A stretch of 64,000 bases of DNA. Source: Octopus vulgaris (taxonomy: Eukaryota). Numbering within the stretch: position 1 is the stretch's first letter; each line of letters opens with the position of its first letter. The DNA lies in NCBI GenBank assembly GCA_951406725.2, contig OX597816.1, positions 6,262,001-6,326,000 on the forward strand. The letters run 5' to 3'. Below the pieces are notes generated by a model. The model made no database searches, had not been told where the DNA came from, and worked only from the letters and a program-made list of their open reading frames with translations. Of the stretch, positions 1 through 12,918 are shown one piece after another. Position numbers and translations under genes: made by a program.

Positions 1-305
1 GTTATTAACTTCATATAAGAAACTCAATGATATAAATTATAAAGAAGTTGTTTTATAAATTCATCCCATGTTAAGAAGTCTTAATATCTATATAATGCAG
101 AAGAACGATACAGCGAAAGTTTAACATTTCATTACGATGTAATCAAAGAGTAATTGGAAGTGTGACGTCCATGATTTTGCCCAGAGACCCAGAAACAGAG
201 ACGAAGAGAAATATATTTAAAGTTGGGGAAACAACGGGTCATTAAAAATCGAATTCATTGCCAAACGGGTCTCCATTCGTCTTTTCTCGCTTGCGCACAC
301 ACTAC

Positions 306-362
306 CTCTCTCTCTCTGTCCTCTCTCTCTCTCTCTCTCCCTCTCTCGCTCTCTCTGTCCCT

Positions 363-415
<53 letters not shown>

Positions 416-432
416 CCTCTCTCTCTCTCTTT
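306..432. repeat. (CT)n microsatellite, imperfect
   Basis: Direct reading of ctctct tract. Confidence 0.95.
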
Positions 433-493
433 CTAACTATTAACTATCATTATTATCATTTAACGTCCATCTTCCAGTGGTATTTGTGTGGTT

Positions 494-726
494 AAGGCGG
501 TGAGCTGGCAGAAACGTTAGCACGCCGGGCGAAATGCGTAGCCGTATTTCGTCTGCCGTTACGTGTTGAGTTCAAATTCCGCCGAGGTCGACTTTGCCTT
601 TCATTCTTTCGGGATCGATAAATTAAGTACCAGTTACGCACTGGGGTCGATATAATCGACGTAATCCATTTGTCTGTCCTTGTTTGTCCCATCTGTGTTT
701 AGCCCCTTGTGGGTAGTAAAGAAATA
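494..726 (+). mobile_element. SINE family A (tRNA-like head; core GCCTTTCATCCTTTCGGGGTCGATAAATTAAGTACCAG)
   Basis: Head aaggcggtgagctggcagaaacgttagc, B-box-like gagttcaaattcc, tail gccccttgtgggtagtaaagaaata; approximate TSD ggtatttgtgtggtt (479-493 / 727-743); many homologous copies in window. Confidence 0.9.
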
Positions 727-1371
727 GGTATTTGTGTGTGGTTCGTACTTCATAGGACCAAAATCCTAATCTGTACCGTTTTCATTCGCTTAACAAAACT
801 TGTTTGCTGGCGAAGCACTTTCATAGTGAAATAATTCTGTTCCGAGGGAGAGAGAGCGGGGTCGAAGATAGTTTCTGCATATTGTCCAGCCAATCAATAC
901 AATCAGCGGAAAGGTCGTCTTTGACATTTCACGTCAATTAAGTAACTATTGAATTCATAGCCTCAAGAAAACTGGTCTATTATATTAATTCCATATCTCT
1001 TCGTATTATATTTAGCTTTAACGATGTTGTCTTTCGTAAGTTCCTTGCAGTTGTTGTTGAAATTGTTAATGATGTCATGTCTGTTTCTGTAACATGTTGT
1101 GCTTCTTTGTTTGGGCAATTCCAGTTTCAGATAAATGTTGTCACCACAGTCTTCAATGGTAAGTTCTTTGAATGTGTATGGTTAGTAGAATAAGCAAACA
1201 AGATCTGAGCCGGTAAAGCTTGAGACGGTCAGAAGCGAAAACTTCATGTGTACACTACGACGCTATGCATGCGTGCGTTCATGACTAGGATTGTGTGTGT
1301 GTGTCTGTCTGTGCCTCTGTGTGTCTGCGTGTGTATGTGTATGTTTGTGTGTGTATGTGTATGTGTGTGTG

Positions 1372-1569
1372 AAATACGAACGCAGATGGGTTAAAGGTGG
1401 AAGGCCAGACCGAGTACCACCAAAAATGTGGTAGGAATTAACCTGAAACACGCTCGACTTGTAACAGCTACTCGTGCTGACGGTCGATCGTATGTCAGCT
1501 GAATTCCAACTACATTTTTGCGGATACGCAGTCTGGCCTTCCACCTTTAATCCATTTGTGGTCTTATTT
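1372..1569. mobile_element. Fold-back / MITE-like palindrome (~80-bp arms)
   Basis: 1381-1458 is the imperfect reverse complement of 1483-1560 (ttaaaggtggaaggccagac / gtctggccttccacctttaa). Confidence 0.7.
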
Positions 1570-1796
1570 TATGTAAACATTCTTGGGTCCTTTCCTTTGT
1601 TGGATCCGGAGCTTATACTGGATTGTGAAACTGCCTGCCGGTGTCCATGGCTATATATTTCCATGTACATATATTTCCCCTTAGGTAATATCCAACAACC
1701 TTATATGACTTTCCAATGTCTTATTTCTTTAACTTTTCATTTTTTAATCGTTTAATGATACATATATAAGCACGTGCGTATGTGTATATATATAGA

Positions 1797-1797
1797 G

Positions 1798-1882
<85 letters not shown>
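1797..1882. repeat. (GATA)n microsatellite
   Basis: Direct reading. Confidence 0.95.
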
Positions 1883-1883
1883 T

Positions 1884-2028
1884 TATTAAATTAGAGATAA
1901 AACCACTATTAGGCAAATCAAACAGTGAAAAACATAAGCCAATACATAAAATTAATTTAAAAATTTTAAAGTTAAAATTTAAAAAATTATTTAAATAATT
2001 TAAACTAATAAATTTTAAATATATATAT

Positions 2029-2068
<40 letters not shown>

Positions 2069-2320
2069 TTTTATATTTATATATTATTTTATTTATTAAT
2101 TTATTTATTTATTAATTTTTTTTAATATATATAAATATCAAAAGTATTAAAAGTTTAATAAAAGATAAAGAGTTTGATTTGCCTAATAGTGGTTTTATCT
2201 CTAATTATATTTTATCTTCTATCTATATAATATAATATATATTTATACTATAAAATTGGATTTAATCCTAAATCTAATTTTTCCCTATAAGTTTGGATTT
2301 ATTCCCTAATATTATTATTA
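1884..2320 (+). mobile_element. AT-rich interspersed repeat with 5' inverted segment (PLE pLTR-like family), copy 1
   Basis: 1888-1923 inverted versus 2172-2206; 3' part homologous to 10535-10686. Confidence 0.6.
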
Positions 2321-2328
2321 TTATATAT

Positions 2329-2488
2329 GTGGCTGTGTGGTAAGTAGCTAGCTAACCAACCACATGGTTCCGGGTTCAGTCCCACTGCGTGGCATCTTGG
2401 GCAAGTGTCTTCTGCTATAGCCCCGGGCCGACCAATGCCTTGTGAGTGGATTTGGTAGACGGAAACTGAAAGAAGCCTGTCGTATATG

Positions 2489-2523
<35 letters not shown>

Positions 2524-2742
2524 TTATGTGTCTGTGTTTGTCCCCCCCCCCCAACATCGCTTGACAACCGATGCCGGTGTGTTTACGTCCCCCTTACTTA
2601 GCGGTTCGGCAAAAGAGACCGATAGAATAAGTACTGGGCTTACAAAGAATAAGTCCTGGGGTCGATTTGCTCGACTAAAGGCGGTGCTCCAGCATGGCCG
2701 CAGTCAAATGACTGAAACAAGTAAAAGAGAAAGAGAGAAAGA
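2329..2742 (+). mobile_element. SINE family B (tRNA head, CORE-like ccttgggcaagtg, internal (TA)/(TG) tract, LINE-derived tail)
   Basis: A-box gtggctgtgtgg, B-box ggttcagtccc, tail gctccagcatggccgcagtcaaatgactgaaacaagtaaaaga; 9+ copies in window. Confidence 0.9.
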
Positions 2743-2743
2743 G

Positions 2744-2818
<75 letters not shown>

Positions 2819-3006
2819 TATACGTGTGTGTGTGTTTCTGTGTACATGTATATATATATGTGTGTGTGTATGTATATGCAGCTATGCGGACGGGTATAGG
2901 TACATAACTATGCGTGCCTATATAATAGTGCATATACATATTTATATGTATATGTGTGCGCGTGTGTATATGAATACATTCATCTTTATCTCTGTCTGTC
3001 TGTCTC

Positions 3007-3060
<54 letters not shown>

Positions 3061-3389
3061 ATTCATCAGCCCCCATTATTACTTTAGCTAAACACCGTCT
3101 ATTTTTAGAAACTTGACCATTATATCTTATTATTCTCCCCTTCTTTTTTACCCATCTCCCCACCTTTGTACCTTTCAAACATATCACCCCCACCTCCCAT
3201 TTCTCACATATATTCCTTCTTTACATTCTTATCTCTTCCATCTATCCCTCCCACTGTTCCTTTTATCTTGATAGCTCTCCTCTCCCCCCCCCTCAAAATA
3301 TCTTGACCATCATCTAGAACTCTTTTTTTGTTCTTTTTTCTTTCTTCTTTCCTCCCCTATACCTTATGACGACGGGGGAATCCATCGTG

Positions 3390-3429
<40 letters not shown>

Positions 3430-5559
3430 TAAATAATAAGGGTAGACATTGATATTAATCAATTAAAACCAGTGGCTTAGCATATTTTAAAAAATCTGAA
3501 GATTAAAAATTGTGGTACATGCAAAATTTAGATGACTGACCACTAACGTGGACAGCCTATATGCTAAACATAGACGTCAAATCGCCGTTACCACGAAGAA
3601 TGTGTTCTCAAGCGCTTTGGTTTTTCTGGGAACCCCTTTTAAAGTAGAAGGAATAGCTAAAATTTTTTGACTGCTATTTCTAAACTTCGGTATGTGGTGA
3701 AGCAAATCGTTGCTGAACCCCCCTAATTATAAAGTATATATATATATATATATATATATTCATTTGTCTTGCTTATTTTTACATTTTGATTTTTTGCTGA
3801 GATTTTTTGGGAATTTCAACAACATCAACAGGGTATTTTTGTATGTATGTATATGTGCAGATTTGTATGCTTTCTTTTATATATGTATTCTCATGCATAT
3901 AGTTGCATACCTAGACATACTCATATGGAAATGATAAACTTCAAGAAAATTTTACAGTATTTTACAGTTCCAGTGGTAAATTGGATTTGTAGTCTTCGAA
4001 TCAATATATGTATGTATGTATGTATATTTGTAAGTATGTATATATATCTATCAATAAGGGCTACAATGAGTGGAAGAAAGAAAGGGACAAAGGGTAAGCA
4101 ATATTCAATTTTAAACACGCATTTAGTTTGCATGTTGTATGGATACTTAAATTTCCAAGAATACTAAAATATGAGCGTACGTGCGTTGAGTGCGCCTGTG
4201 TGTGTATGTGTATGTGTGGTAGTGTTACTTACTGCTATACGCAGAGTATATACGATTTTCTATGATAGTGTATAGAGGTTTAAGTGAAAATCTTGTCTTC
4301 CCTCTACCGCCATGTGAATTACTGTCAGTTGACATCAGTTCACATCCTTGAAATAATTCTATTTTATTTCCATCTAAATCGATTCTTATTTATACACATC
4401 CGTTCTTTTGTAATATGGTATTGGCATCGTATATTTGTCAGTGATAGCGTCAGAGAATTATAATCTATGTACAGATATGGCATTTATGCTAGTGTGCGAG
4501 TGCGTGTGTATCGTCGTGAGCGTGTGTTTGTGTTTTATGTGTGTATATAGATATCTATATTCTTTACTCTATATGTATAACCACATGTATATGTGTGTGT
4601 GTACGTGTTTGTATGCGTGTGCACTTATTATATATTGTATAGATTTACATATTATAAACCGAAAATTATAAATGCTAAAAGTCTGCAAATAGAAAAAGTT
4701 TGAAAGCTTCAATTTGTATCGCAGAATTTTGAATAGAATCGGTTTTGGCCATTATGTGCAAACGAAGAATTAGTTTCTGTAAAACTATACACGTGTTCTG
4801 TTGAAGGGAACGACCTCTTTAACCAATCACGACAACCTATATTATTTAAACTGAGGTAATGAACCTTTCTACCACAGAGAAAAGGTCACCACCTTCATTT
4901 GAGGTCGAAAAGAATATATATATCTATACGTGTTCTTCAATTTCCTTTGAATTACATGAAATTATACCTCACTTCGCATGAACATCATTTCATATGGATT
5001 TCTTACAGAATAACCTGAGATTATATTCCAATAGTATTTGGCATTAACAAAAGCAGAAGGAGGAACTATAAATTAATTCCAATTTAATCACAGATATTCC
5101 AGAATTAACATATATTGATCAAGATTACACAACAATGTTGATTCAGTGAGATTACGCTGTCTACATTGATGGCCGACACAACTGATTTAGACTTCTTACA
5201 ACGTTCATAATTAACTCATCATTATCTTCTTTGATTCTCTTCTTCACTCTCTTTCTTTCCCCTCCTCTCTCTCTCTCACTCCATCTATGCATATTTTTAC
5301 CGTTGTCTCTTAGACTTTCATCTACCTCTAAATTTTATCCCGACTTCTCTGCTTTCTAAATATTGCATTCATCGATATTGCTAGCTCCGAAATTGAATTT
5401 TTTCTTCCGCGTAAAGGGAAGACATGTTATTCATGTGATTAACGGCGTCTTCCGACAATCAAAATCTGTCTCTTTATTCACCTCCTGGAGAGTGCTTTGC
5501 ATTTTTATCATGTGATATTAGCATCAGATATATCTAACGTACACAAGTACACACTGGTA

Positions 5560-5597
5560 CGCACACACACACACACACACATATACATATTATAATG

Positions 5598-5659
<62 letters not shown>

Positions 5660-5725
5660 CATTATTAGCATTATTATTATTATTATTATTATTATCATTA
5701 TTAGTATTATTATTATTATTATCAT

Positions 5726-5757
<32 letters not shown>

Positions 5758-5918
5758 TTTTATTACTTTTAAAACATACATACATATTTGTGTTTGTGTG
5801 TATATATGTATGTGTATGTATGTATGTATGTATGTATGTATGTATGTATGTATGTATGTATGTATACGTATATGTATGCGTATGCTTATAAACAATATAC
5901 GCATATATATGTACATAC

Positions 5919-5950
<32 letters not shown>

Positions 5951-5973
5951 ATATACATATATATATGTATAGA

Positions 5974-6028
<55 letters not shown>

Positions 6029-6208
6029 GTGACTATGCATATAAGTGTATGTGTGTGTGAATTAATCTATGTATATATGCGTATGTGTGTGTATACATAT
6101 ATATGTATAGATATATATATATATATATGTGACTATGCATATAAGTGTATGTGTGTGTGTGAATTAATCTATATATGTATGCGTGTGTGTGTGTGTGTGT
6201 GTGTGTGC
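5560..6208. repeat. Compound microsatellite (CA, ATT, AGT, TATG, TA, TG)
   Basis: Direct reading; explains all overlapping ORFs. Confidence 0.95.
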
Positions 6209-6913
6209 AGTCGCGTATGCACCAATAGATCTGTTTCTCAAAAAGACAGAGACGTGAACGGTCTTACCGTCACGTGATCATCTTTGATTCCCACCTCAAA
6301 TTACATTTCCCTTTCTTCACACTGGTTCCGTAATATTCCCACGAGACAGAACATAGAAAAAGATAAACGCCGCACCACTACAACACAACACCAAACACAC
6401 ATTGGGTCCTACTAACTGGATAAGTCTGGTGCTTAGATCTATTAACGCCATTAAAGCTTTAACATACGGAATTGAATTCAAGCGATCCGCTAAAATACCT
6501 TTGATCAAACCAAAGTTCCTTTCAGTTTATTGCTTGTTTGGTCTTCTTTCAGCCTCGCCTATTATATAGAGATAATTTTAATCGATCTAAACTTGTAGAA
6601 AGGAACTGCTAGGATGAACACAACACCATCAAACACCCGCCTTCTCATAGAACCAATGTCTAATAATTTGCATAAATTTATATTCTTCAATCAAGCCGGT
6701 CTTTCATCCGATAAGTGGGAGGCCACCGTATAATACAGCTTGCTTCGAATGGGATGATCAAAATACTGGAGGAAGCGAAACGTTTATGTGTGTCTCTGTA
6801 AGTATACATGTTTGTGTGTATGACAATGTGTATATGCATATATATGTATATATATATATATATAATATTTATATATATACATACATACATACATACATAA
6901 ATACATACATATA

Positions 6914-7296
6914 CTCTTTACTCTTTTACTCTTTTACTTGTTTCAGTCATTTGACTGCGGTCATGCTGGAGCACCGCCTTTAATCGAGCAACTCGATCCC
7001 GGGACTTATTCTATCGGTCCCTTTTGCCGAACCGCTAAGTAACGGGGACATAAACACACCAGCATCGGTTGTCAAGCAATACTAGGGGACAAACACAGAC
7101 ACACAAACACACACACATACATATATATATATACATATACACGACAGGCTTCTTTCAGTTTCCGTCTACCAAATCCACTCACGCATTGGTCGGCCCGGGG
7201 CTATAGCAGAAGAAACTTGCCCAAGATGCCACGCAGTGGGACTGAACCCGGAACCATCTGGTTGGTTAGCAAGCTACTTACCACACAGCCACTCCT
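6914..7296 (-). mobile_element. SINE family B
   Basis: Reverse-complement homology to 2329-2742. Confidence 0.9.
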
Positions 7297-7402
7297 TATA
7301 TATACATATATATATGAAACTATATATATATATACATATATATTCATATATATATATATATATATATATATAGGAAAAAAGCAACAAGAATGGATTAAAA
7401 TA

Positions 7403-7487
7403 TCGGTACAATTGTTTCGTACGAGGACATCTTTAATAAGCTACAAAAAAATGCAGTAAATATAGATGGCTCGTACTCGTCAGCCGA
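7403..7487 (-). ncRNA. Type I hammerhead ribozyme, canonical core, long stem II
   Basis: Minus strand: UCGG-CUGACGA-GUACGAG...CUCGUAC-GAAA-CAAUUG-UA-CCGA; palindromic stem III ACAAUUGU; predicted cleavage after GUA. Confidence 0.85.
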
Positions 7488-7781
7488 AAAAACATCAGAG
7501 ATTCCCAAACATCAAAAGGGGTAGATACAAATGAGGGTGTAAGTTTAACTGCATTAAAGAAAGTTCGATTCCTGGAGATCCGATGAAAGGTCTTGAACTT
7601 ACAGAATATATGCATGTCCATATATAGTTCATAGTGAATTGTTAATCAAGTTATGTGAAGAAAATTTTGGATACAAATTCTTTCATCGGATCTCCAGGAA
7701 TCGAACTTTCTTCAATGCAGTTAAACTCACACCCTCATTTGTATCTACCCCTTTTGATGTTTGGGAATCTCTGATGTTTTT

Positions 7782-7864
7782 TCGGCTGACGAGTACGAGC
7801 CATCTATATTTACTGCATTTTTGTAGCTTATTAAAGATGTCCTCGTACGAAGCAATTGTACCGA
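7782..7864 (+). ncRNA. Type I hammerhead ribozyme, second copy with A15.1>G
   Basis: tcgg-CTGACGA-gtacgag...ctcgtac-GAAG-caattg-ta-ccga. Confidence 0.7.
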
Positions 7865-8014
7865 TATTTTAATCCATTCTTGTTGCTTTTTTCTTATTTG
7901 TAATCACCCCACTTGTCGTATGGTTAACACCATATAGATTTCCGGTGCATCCTAGTTAAGGACCATATTCATGTGAATTCATTAGAATTCACTTGAATCT
8001 CAATTACTTAAACC

Positions 8015-8097
<83 letters not shown>

Positions 8098-9239
8098 TAT
8101 ACAAGTAGAAGAGCCACACAGTTAGATAGTGTAACATGTAAAGAGGATCTATCTATTTCTTTGACTCTCTGTCAGTTTGCTCTTAATACTGTCTATCCAG
8201 AATTCTTGAATTCTACTAGTCTACTATTTTGCTATCATCGGAGCATAAATTTACACAAATGTATATACAACCTGGAGAAAGAAATAGAAACCAATACTAA
8301 ATCCAAGACTAGTTCTAAAACTGGTCCCGTGAGTACAATTCTTTTCTCTTGATTTCTATTAAACACACCGCTTATCCTGATTTGTACTAAATACACTGAA
8401 CTCTCCCACACACACCCAGATATAGCCACGCATTTCCGAATCTATCGACAGAAATTTTTCAACGGTGCATTTACTATTATACATCAAGTCATCAATAACT
8501 GAATGTACAGTGTATAAAACCGTCCCACTGAATATGGCCAATAATGTTCTAAAACGCCATCGGGTAAAAAACGAAATCGGTGCACTGATAAACGCGTGGT
8601 ACGTACCACCATAACGATTGTGGAAAGGCTAATGTCTACGGTAAAATCGCTGAAAATTAGAGTCACAGTCCTTTTACAGATCTGTAAAACAGATCGAAAA
8701 CAAACAAAAAAGAAATCACAAGATCATTTCATACTTTACACACGCACATGGCAACACTAGAAGCCATACTTGTCAATGGATGTAGTGCACCAAATGGCCC
8801 GACTCCAACAGGTCAGGGCTCACTTCAACGACCCGATAGCAAGCAACAAACAACATCTTTATTGATATCACTATCTGACCTAATTCCATCCAAGACTACA
8901 GTGGCAAGCCAGGACTCACTACCACAACAACAGCAGCCTGCTACTGCTACTATATTGGAAGCACCTTGCTTGGCACCATTATCTGACCTGATTCCACCCA
9001 ATACAACAACAACAGCAGCCGTTCAAGAATTTGGACCTGGAGTTCTCCATTTCCAGCGACTTCGAGGGCCACCTCCCAGTGGTGTCGGGTGTCAATGAAG
9101 AGCCCTCGACTAAAACAAGATGACCAAAGTTTTTTCTCCCGCCTCTAAGCCCTAGACCATCACCTAATCACCCTTACCCGTCTTGTTGCTTAACAACAAC
9201 AACAACAACAACAGCAACAACAGTCTGCTACTGCTACTA

Positions 9240-9420
9240 CACAAAAAACAACAACGCGGGGACGTGGTACATGTAAAGTATTTGCAGACGCTCAGGGAAG
9301 GAAAGAAAGATAGTTTAACGTTTCGAGCAGACACTCTTCTTCGAAAACAGATGAAAGTCCAATAGAAAGGAAGACGGAGGAAGAAAATCGCCAACGATTC
9401 ACATGTGGTTACATTTTGAA
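9240..9420 (-). mobile_element. Short repeat with minimal HHR-like motif (agagc/gctc-GAAACGT family)
   Basis: Homologous to 33400-33625; motif 9313-9348 on minus strand: guuu-UCGAAGA-agag-ugucug-cuc-GAAACGUU-aaac. Confidence 0.65.
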
Positions 9421-9449
9421 ATATATATATATAAATATATATATATAGT

Positions 9450-9758
9450 GACGTATATTTGCCATTTAAATATAGCTAACCCCTAAGGGTGGACGCTACT
9501 GTAGTTTGTAGCCCCAGGAGGACACCTCCTCCAGCTGGCTATAGACACACTTTCTGTGCCCTATCAGTATTTGCAAAGGGAAGCCATCCTTCCCGTCTTC
9601 AACTTATAATACACACGGACTCGAGTTTCTGGGTATTGACTCGTCATCGGCGTGTGACAATCACAGTTGTCGATGAGAAGTAGGTTTCCTTCACAAATAC
9701 TTAAACCTTTTTCCAGTATCGATAGACACTGATATCGAAAAAGTGTAAATAAGCAACT
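9450..9758 (-). mobile_element. HHR-bearing non-autonomous repeat (related to 40697-41081)
   Basis: Shares ctccagctggctata block with 40777-40791; flanked by (TA)n. Confidence 0.6.
9612..9656 (-). ncRNA. Type I hammerhead variant (CCGAUGA core)
   Basis: cacacg-CCGAUGA-cgagu-caau-accca-GAAA-CUCGAG-UC-cgugug; perfect 6-bp stem I, palindromic stem III ACUCGAGU; stem II damaged. Confidence 0.7.
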
Positions 9759-9811
9759 ATATATATATAGAGAGAGAGAGGGGGGTATGTGCGGGGGGTT
9801 GTCCGCAGCCA

Positions 9812-10450
9812 CCGTCGAAGAACCACCCTCCACAAAGAACAAATCCACCACCCACAATCCAGGCAGTTACAGGTCAGTGAACACATAGAAAGGTGTGCTA
9901 GGAATCTTAATCCTAATTTCCTAATTTTCCCCTTCTATCAATGTTCACACAGAACACCTCAGTAGAACAAAGTATGAATAAAGAGGCAACTTTCATCAAT
10001 AAATATCTACCGCAAATCAATATGAACACATAACAGAATACTACTAATCTTTCAATTAATATCACTAACTCGCATATATCCCATATACCATTCACATTAC
10101 AGATCTATATCTACCCTAATTGCACCAAATCCAGAACTACTTCTCTCACTTATACATAATCTTTTTACTCAGGGACTAGTAGACCCGTCACCGTTCAGTA
10201 ATCGGTGTGCATTTAAACTAATGATTAGTAATTTTACGAAACCGGTATGCTTTTGAATCTCTTTAACAATTCACAGTAATAACTTTTATTACTTTTATTC
10301 CTACCTCAGTTCATCTAATTGTATATATCTATCGTTACTTTTCATAAAAAGACTTTATTTCTTTTGATTTCGTTGATTTTTCTTCTTACTTTCCCCTTAC
10401 ATTTCCACGTGTAGTTTTTATTTCCTTTTTTGTAACATATTTCTATTATA
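9812..10450 (+). mobile_element. Penelope-like (Neptune-type) 3' remnant: GIY-YIG C-terminus plus pLTR
   Basis: Homologous to 27189-27850 (RRRTTLHKEQIHHP...QVSEHIERCARNLNPNF); degenerate HHR ...GAAACCGGTATGCTTT near 10217-10253. Confidence 0.8.
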
Positions 10451-10479
10451 TATGTATATATATATATGTATATATATAT

Positions 10480-10685
10480 TATATTAAATTAGAGACAATT
10501 TTGTTATTTATTTAAATAATATAAATTAAATAATCATATGTATTGGCTTAAGTTTTTCATTGTTTGATTTGCCTAATAGTGGTTTTGTCTCTAATTTAAT
10601 ATATTATAATATTTTACTATAAAATTGGATTCAATCCTAAATCTGATTTTTCCCTGTAAGTTTGGATTTATTCCCTAATATTTAT

Positions 10686-10690
<5 letters not shown>
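10480..10690 (+). mobile_element. AT-rich repeat, copy 2 of the 1884-2320 family
   Basis: gtttgatttgcctaatagtggtttt...tttggatttattccctaata shared; short 5' inversion atattaaattagagacaa. Confidence 0.65.
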
Positions 10691-10741
<51 letters not shown>

Positions 10742-10767
10742 TATACATATACATATACATATTTATA

Positions 10768-11388
10768 CGAGGGCTGTTGCCATAGTAACGAAGCTAAAGC
10801 ACGCAGAGTGCAGCCGCTTGACTAAGATTGACCATGAACTCTGCTGCGCACACACACTAGGTATTAACATTATAGCTCACTTTCGTCCATTACAGCAGTG
10901 CTTGGAAGGAAGGTGTGTAGCGTGTGATCGTCGCATTGATCATGACAGAGAACGTTATCATGGCGATACTAGTTCAGAGGCCTGTGCAGAGAGTCAGAAA
11001 TTGTGTGGAGAGGAGTGTATGAGCCGTGAACAAGTGAGCGAGTGGTTCAGACGTTTCCAGGGTGACAGAAAATATGTCGATATTGACGAACGTTCTGGGA
11101 GACACGCAATCAGCAGAACAAAAAACTGTTATCCACAGAAAAACAGGTATCCACAAGCCTTTGGCAAAATTTAATGCATATTCTCTGCTCAACTGTCTAT
11201 TATGACCAATACGACGATCACACGCTACACGTATTCCTTTCAAACACTGCGAAAGTGAACTAGAACATTAAAACTTAGTCCGCATGGACAGCGGAGGTCA
11301 AAGTCAATCTGTGACAAGTGGCTTTACGCTGCGTGCTATAGTTTCGTTACTATGGCGCCAGTACGAATACTTACTTATCAGACCACTA
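10768..11388 (+). mobile_element. Mariner-derived fold-back element with transposase N-terminal (HTH) remnant
   Basis: TA|cgagggctg start; peptide GDTSSEACAESQKLCGEECMSREQVSEWFRRFQGDRKYVDIDERSGR; left ~200 bp recurs inverted at ~11190-11360. Confidence 0.8.
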
Positions 11389-11390
11389 CA

Positions 11391-11636
<246 letters not shown>

Positions 11637-11637
11637 A

Positions 11638-12062
11638 TAAGATACAGTGTACATTTAAACACATAAGGAATCCACTGATGGGATTCAACACGCTAGAAAG
11701 AACAGCTAGGTTCTATAACCACAAAATTAGGGATAAAATTCTACAGGAACGAAATGAAAAATAAAAACATTTTACCATCTAGTTTCCTGGATCAATTGGT
11801 TTCTGATTTTAGTTTAGCCAGTAAATGAATAACATATACACCCGCCAGGTGAAATCGTCTTCAGCAGGAACACTTTGGGTTAAACGTATAAACACGAGAA
11901 GATCAAGCTACGTGCCCTTCGCCAGCAATAAAAAATGCCAACTTTAAAAATCCGAAAATTATCCAAAAACTAATTTTGTGGTTATGGAATCTAGCTGTCC
12001 TTTCTAGCGTGTTGAATCCTATGAGTGGATTCCTCATGTGTTTAAATGTACACTGTATCTTA
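11638..12062. mobile_element. Non-autonomous DNA transposon (MITE) with ~90-bp TIRs
   Basis: taagatacagtgtacatttaaacacat...accacaaaattag versus ctaattttgtggtt...atgtgtttaaatgtacactgtatctta. Confidence 0.85.
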
Positions 12063-12108
12063 TGACTAATACATTTAATTTCCATTTCTCTTTGATATGA
12101 TTATAGAT

Positions 12109-12139
<31 letters not shown>

Positions 12140-12259
12140 CATGCATCTCATATAAAATCCATTCTGTCAGTGTGTGTGTGTGTATATATACCATTTATAT
12201 ATATATACATACACACTCACACACATACATAAATATATATATATAAAAGAGAAAAAGAG

Positions 12260-12292
<33 letters not shown>

Positions 12293-12294
<2 letters not shown>

Positions 12295-12503
12295 TCTTTT
12301 TCTCTTTTTACTTGTTTCAGTCATTTGACTGCGGCCATGCTGGAGCACCGCCTTTAATCGAGCAACTCGACCCTGGGACTAATACTTGTAAGCCTAGTAC
12401 TTATTCTATCGGTCTCTTTTGCCGAACCGCTAAGTAACGGGGACATAAACACACAAGCGATGTTGGATGGCACAAACACAGACACACAAACATAAACGCA
12501 CAC

Positions 12504-12549
<46 letters not shown>

Positions 12550-12711
12550 GACGGGCTTCTTTCAGTTTCCGTCTACCAAATCCACTCACAAGGCTTTGGT
12601 CGGCCCGAGGCTATAGTAGAAGACACTTGCCCAAGGTTCCACGCAGCGGGACTGAACCCGGAACCATGTGGTTGGTAAACAAGCTACTTACCACACAGCC
12701 ACTCCTGCGCC

Positions 12712-12713
<2 letters not shown>
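12293..12713 (-). mobile_element. SINE family B, full length
   Basis: Complete head (taggcgcaggagtggctgtgtgg) to tail on minus strand. Confidence 0.92.
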
Positions 12714-12786
<73 letters not shown>

Positions 12787-12794
12787 TATGATAT

Positions 12795-12918
12795 TTACCA
12801 CATTGAACAATAATGGAAAAATATGAGAAAGATATGGGAAAATTTTTTTTGTGGGGTTCCTTGAGACACGTAATTTATTTTAAGGATTACTCAAGGGTAA
12901 AATGGTTGGGAAACACTG
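12795..12918. mobile_element. Possible hAT (Charlie-like) terminal fragment
   Basis: ggttgggaaacactg terminus followed by ggctagag (NNCTAGNN-like site); partner end not seen. Confidence 0.4.

Larger units (their letters stand above)
7374..8016. mobile_element. Penelope-like inverted pLTR element with two hammerheads
   Basis: ~215-bp near-perfect inverted repeat 7374-7589 / 7680-7893, each arm carrying an HHR; flanked by (TA)n. Confidence 0.75.

Noticed and set aside
3430-3730. TA-flanked block with AAAGCGCTTGAGAAC (minus) resembling an HHR 3' half
   Set aside because: Core and stem II not recognisable; too degenerate to call
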